From assembly GCA_000165345.1 (NCBI GenBank), contig CM000433.1, positions 224,001-288,000 on the forward strand: 64,000 bases of DNA, given 5' to 3'. Every line of letters begins with the position of its first letter. Position 1 is the first letter of the stretch. Position numbers and translations under genes: made by a program. The notes under the pieces were generated by a model, which was given only the letters and a program-made list of their open reading frames with translations, had not been told where the DNA came from and did no database searches. Below, piece by piece: positions 61,355 to 64,000 of this stretch.

Positions 61355-62482
61355 ATGAAAATGGCAGAGCAAGTTGATCAAGAATTAATGTACACAAAAT
61401 TTGTAAGATTTTTATTAGGCTCAAAGACCGGTGTACGAACTAAAGGCGCAATAGAAGTTGGGAGAAGAGCAGTTGATTATTTTCGTGGTATTGAGTTTAT
61501 CAGGTGGATGAGAAAAAATGAAGATCATATTAAAGAAAGTTATCCAGAAGTTGTCAAAAATATCTCTTTCGAATCTATTAATGATTTGAATCAAGTTGGA
61601 ACCGAGTTGATTAGGCGTTCATTTATCGTCAGGGCGGAATATAAACCGGTTGGAACCAACACTGGTGATTTGAAAATTCCTAAGTGGCCAAAGAGACTTT
61701 GCGTAACAAGCAATCAAAATTTTGATGAACACTCATTCTACATTATTACTTTCGATAGTAACAAAACAATGTCAAATATTTTAATGATATCAATTTTGGT
61801 TTCAGTTGTCGCGTTATTCATGTTCCCTGCTTGGCCTTTGGCAATAAAAATATCGGTTTGGTACATTTCCGTTGTATTTTTATCGGCGATGTTAATTGTC
61901 TTTTTTGGAAGATTGATAGTGTTCGCTTTTCTATGGTTCTTTGGCTTTGACTTTTGGATCCTTCCTAATTTATTTGATGAAGATACCGGAGTAATTGATT
62001 CGTTTAAACCACTCTATTCTATAATCAGAAGAGGAGACGATTGGTTTATGCTGTCTATACGAGTGTTCTGTGCAATATTTCTTGCAGGGGCAATTTATCA
62101 GTTAAGTAAGACTCACACAGCATCAGATGTAGGACAATTCGCAAGACAATCATTTTTGGATGTGTTGGATTGGGGACATAGAAAGATCTCTCCTCCGGAA
62201 GATTTTACACCTACGTTACATAACTCAAACATGGGAAGTAATGAACACATTGGAGAAAGAAATCTTTCTAATGAGGAGCACATTTGTATTACGAGATGTT
62301 TGAGGTTTGAATCTAAGGATGCAATATTAGATGAATGCGCAACAGATTGTCACTGCTTAAGCGAATTACTAAGTCTACCATGTCTAAAGTCTAGATCAAT
62401 TTGTCCTTCTGAATTCGAAGAAGAGCTTAATAATGCAATGGCAAAAAACTGTCAAAGTAATCAAGAAAAAAATGAGTTATAA
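61355..62482 (+). CDS. SEC62: translocation protein Sec62, 375 aa
   Basis: N-terminal 'KTGVRTKGAIEVGRRAVDYFRGIEFIRWM' is the Sec62 signature. Two central TM helices. Confidence 0.7.
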   Translation: MKMAEQVDQELMYTKFVRFLLGSKTGVRTKGAIEVGRRAVDYFRGIEFIRWMRKNEDHIKESYPEVVKNISFESINDLNQVGTELIRRSFIVRAEYKPVGTNTGDLKIPKWPKRLCVTSNQNFDEHSFYIITFDSNKTMSNILMISILVSVVALFMFPAWPLAIKISVWYISVVFLSAMLIVFFGRLIVFAFLWFFGFDFWILPNLFDEDTGVIDSFKPLYSIIRRGDDWFMLSIRVFCAIFLAGAIYQLSKTHTASDVGQFARQSFLDVLDWGHRKISPPEDFTPTLHNSNMGSNEHIGERNLSNEEHICITRCLRFESKDAILDECATDCHCLSELLSLPCLKSRSICPSEFEEELNNAMAKNCQSNQEKNEL

Positions 62483-62485
62483 TTA

Positions 62486-64000
62486 TTACCAGAGTATTCC
62501 TCCAAATATATCTGCCTTTGATAAAAGCGATAGATTGTAGCATGCCATTTTTTTAAGTTTGATAAAATCATAGCTTCGAACATCAGTGATAGAGCTTAGG
62601 GAATTTATACATTTTATGTAACAGTTTATTGCGTTTGTTTTCAAATTAATTTGATGGAATGCGCGTGCGAGATTATAGAGGCATTCTGCCTTATAAATTT
62701 CATCATTAATATAAATACTCTGCCTTCCTTTTGAATATCTCATAATAAATGAAAACCCTTTTATTATTGCAAAAATCCGATTCTTGGATTCTTTGCTTGT
62801 TGCTACTCCTACCAACGAAACCCCAAGACAAAGAGAAATAAGATCATCGAAAGGAATTAATCTGTGGATTTTTAAGTATTCGGATGAAGCTTGGTTTAGA
62901 CGGTTGGAAAAAACGTAAAGATGGGCAGTAATAATTTGAAGCTCTAGATTATCTCTCGAATTTAAAATCTGTCTTTGTATCCACGATCTTGTTTCACCAA
63001 TAGTTTCTTTTTCGAGAATGAAATGGTTATTTAATTTATTTAATTTTGATGCAAATAAATTTGGCATTAAAATTAGGCTGCCTAACACTTTGCAAACACT
63101 TTTCTTATTGGATTTCTTGTTGAATTCTTCTCTCAAAAGTCCGAGTAATACACGCCAGATACCACCTTCAAATGAAAATGTAAGTAGTAGTTTTTGCAAT
63201 GAGTGTTTTCCTCTATTTAGTGAATCTCCGTTCATTTCAGGGCATAAGAACTTAAGGTTGTTAAGAAGCTTTTCAAATAATTCTACAGCAATGCTATTTT
63301 TTTTTGAATATTTTAAAAAAATTGCACCTAGCGATAGAAAATGCCAAAATTCATTTTCAGAGGCTAAAATACCTTCTAATGTAATTAAACCAAGCTCATT
63401 CCTAACTTTTGCCAATTGGATATTTGCTCTTTGCAGCCTTTTACTTGTATTTAATGTAGATGTTTCATTTGAATTTTTAGAATAGTTAGAAGTACTAGAT
63501 ATATCCTTTTCAATGCATTCTAAACTATTTTTTTTATTATTTTCATTATATTTCCTTGAATATATCAATTGGTTTATACGCTTTATGTCAATTATAAATT
63601 CATTAATTACATTGGCAAATCGATCTGCAAATAAATAAATAGAAATGTTATCAGGTTCAAAGTATATATTTGTGGTAATTGCAGTCTCCAAATATGGTTG
63701 AACTTCAATATTATTTGTAGTTTTTGCGATTTCTTTTTTCATGTCAGAAAATAAATCAAGAACGATTGTTATTCTCATTTCTTGCGGAATTGGAATTGAT
63801 ATATCTTTAGACTGTATTATTTCATCGTATTTCATTGTGTAGATCAACTCTTCGCTTAGACTATCGTAACCCATTTTCGAATATATGGAGGCTAAAAGCG
63901 TTTTCGCTCTGGAAATATTAAAATCACCAGAAACATCTTTATTTTTCTCCAATAATTTTTTAAGTACTGATGCAGCATCTTCATTTAAATTGAGTTTATG
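62486..64000 (-). CDS. GTF3C3: TFIIIC TPR subunit (tau131 / Tfc4 / GTF3C3-like), C-terminal part; gene continues beyond the window end
   Basis: C-terminal TPRs 'AECLYNLARAFHQINLKTNAINCYIKCI...MACYNLSLLS' parallel GTF3C3 ('EALFNLGRSLHQLGLTHLAIHYYEKAL...IAYNLSLIY'). The track 'start' at 63952 is a TTG. The frame stays open to position 64000, so the gene is 5'-truncated by the window. Its stop lies 3 bp from the SEC62 stop. Confidence 0.5.
   Translation of the reverse strand, partial: HKLNLNEDAASVLKKLLEKNKDVSGDFNISRAKTLLASIYSKMGYDSLSEELIYTMKYDEIIQSKDISIPIPQEMRITIVLDLFSDMKKEIAKTTNNIEVQPYLETAITTNIYFEPDNISIYLFADRFANVINEFIIDIKRINQLIYSRKYNENNKKNSLECIEKDISSTSNYSKNSNETSTLNTSKRLQRANIQLAKVRNELGLITLEGILASENEFWHFLSLGAIFLKYSKKNSIAVELFEKLLNNLKFLCPEMNGDSLNRGKHSLQKLLLTFSFEGGIWRVLLGLLREEFNKKSNKKSVCKVLGSLILMPNLFASKLNKLNNHFILEKETIGETRSWIQRQILNSRDNLELQIITAHLYVFSNRLNQASSEYLKIHRLIPFDDLISLCLGVSLVGVATSKESKNRIFAIIKGFSFIMRYSKGRQSIYINDEIYKAECLYNLARAFHQINLKTNAINCYIKCINSLSSITDVRSYDFIKLKKMACYNLSLLSKADIFGGILW

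Noticed and set aside
1-64000. Searched for tRNA, rRNA, snRNA, CRISPR arrays, transposon ends and bacterial-type operons or terminators.
   Set aside because: No cloverleaf-compatible GC-rich islands with GTTCGA-type T-loops were seen. There are no direct-repeat/spacer arrays and no terminal inverted repeats with target duplications. The region is eukaryotic, so prokaryotic feature classes do not apply.

Overview
This is a 64 kb, uniformly AT-rich (~70% AT), very gene-dense eukaryotic nuclear segment. There are no bacterial or phage features, and no rRNA, tRNA or CRISPR arrays. The gene content points to an apicomplexan, most likely Cryptosporidium (inference). An H2A.Z gene carries the apicomplexan GGKVGGK N-tail and is almost identical to Plasmodium H2A.Z over its core. 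There are Prp6 and Prp4 spliceosome genes, rare but very short spliceosomal introns (41-52 nt, GTAAGT/GTATGT/GTGAGT donors), and a secreted mucin-like gene with long poly-threonine tracts. I support about 37 protein-coding genes, many of them convergent pairs with stop codons only 3-40 bp apart. The supplied ORF track uses TTG/CTG/GTG starts in places and splits spliced genes, so I corrected several models by hand. TOP3, prefoldin-3, a coiled-coil/PH gene and a TFIIF-alpha-like gene are spliced. A fully spliced 6-exon, 187-aa gene sits in the only large 'empty' gap, 4276-5066 on the minus strand. Four further observations are worth a second look. The first is a head-to-head pair of paralogous genes of unknown family sharing a 1.2 kb regulatory region rich in TGCATGCA/TGCATG and GGCGCC motifs. 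The second is a modular poly-Thr mucin gene that crosses a degenerate N-rich assembly patch (52.5-52.9 kb) and carries a likely frameshift. The third is an Integrator INTS11-like beta-CASP nuclease gene arranged head-to-head with TOP3 over an 80 bp promoter. The fourth is a pair of TFIIIC subunits. I see nothing I can defend as an entirely new 'system'. The paralog pair and the hidden intron-rich micro-gene are the least explained elements. Coordinates near 25.64-25.70 kb may be off by 1 nt relative to the ORF track.
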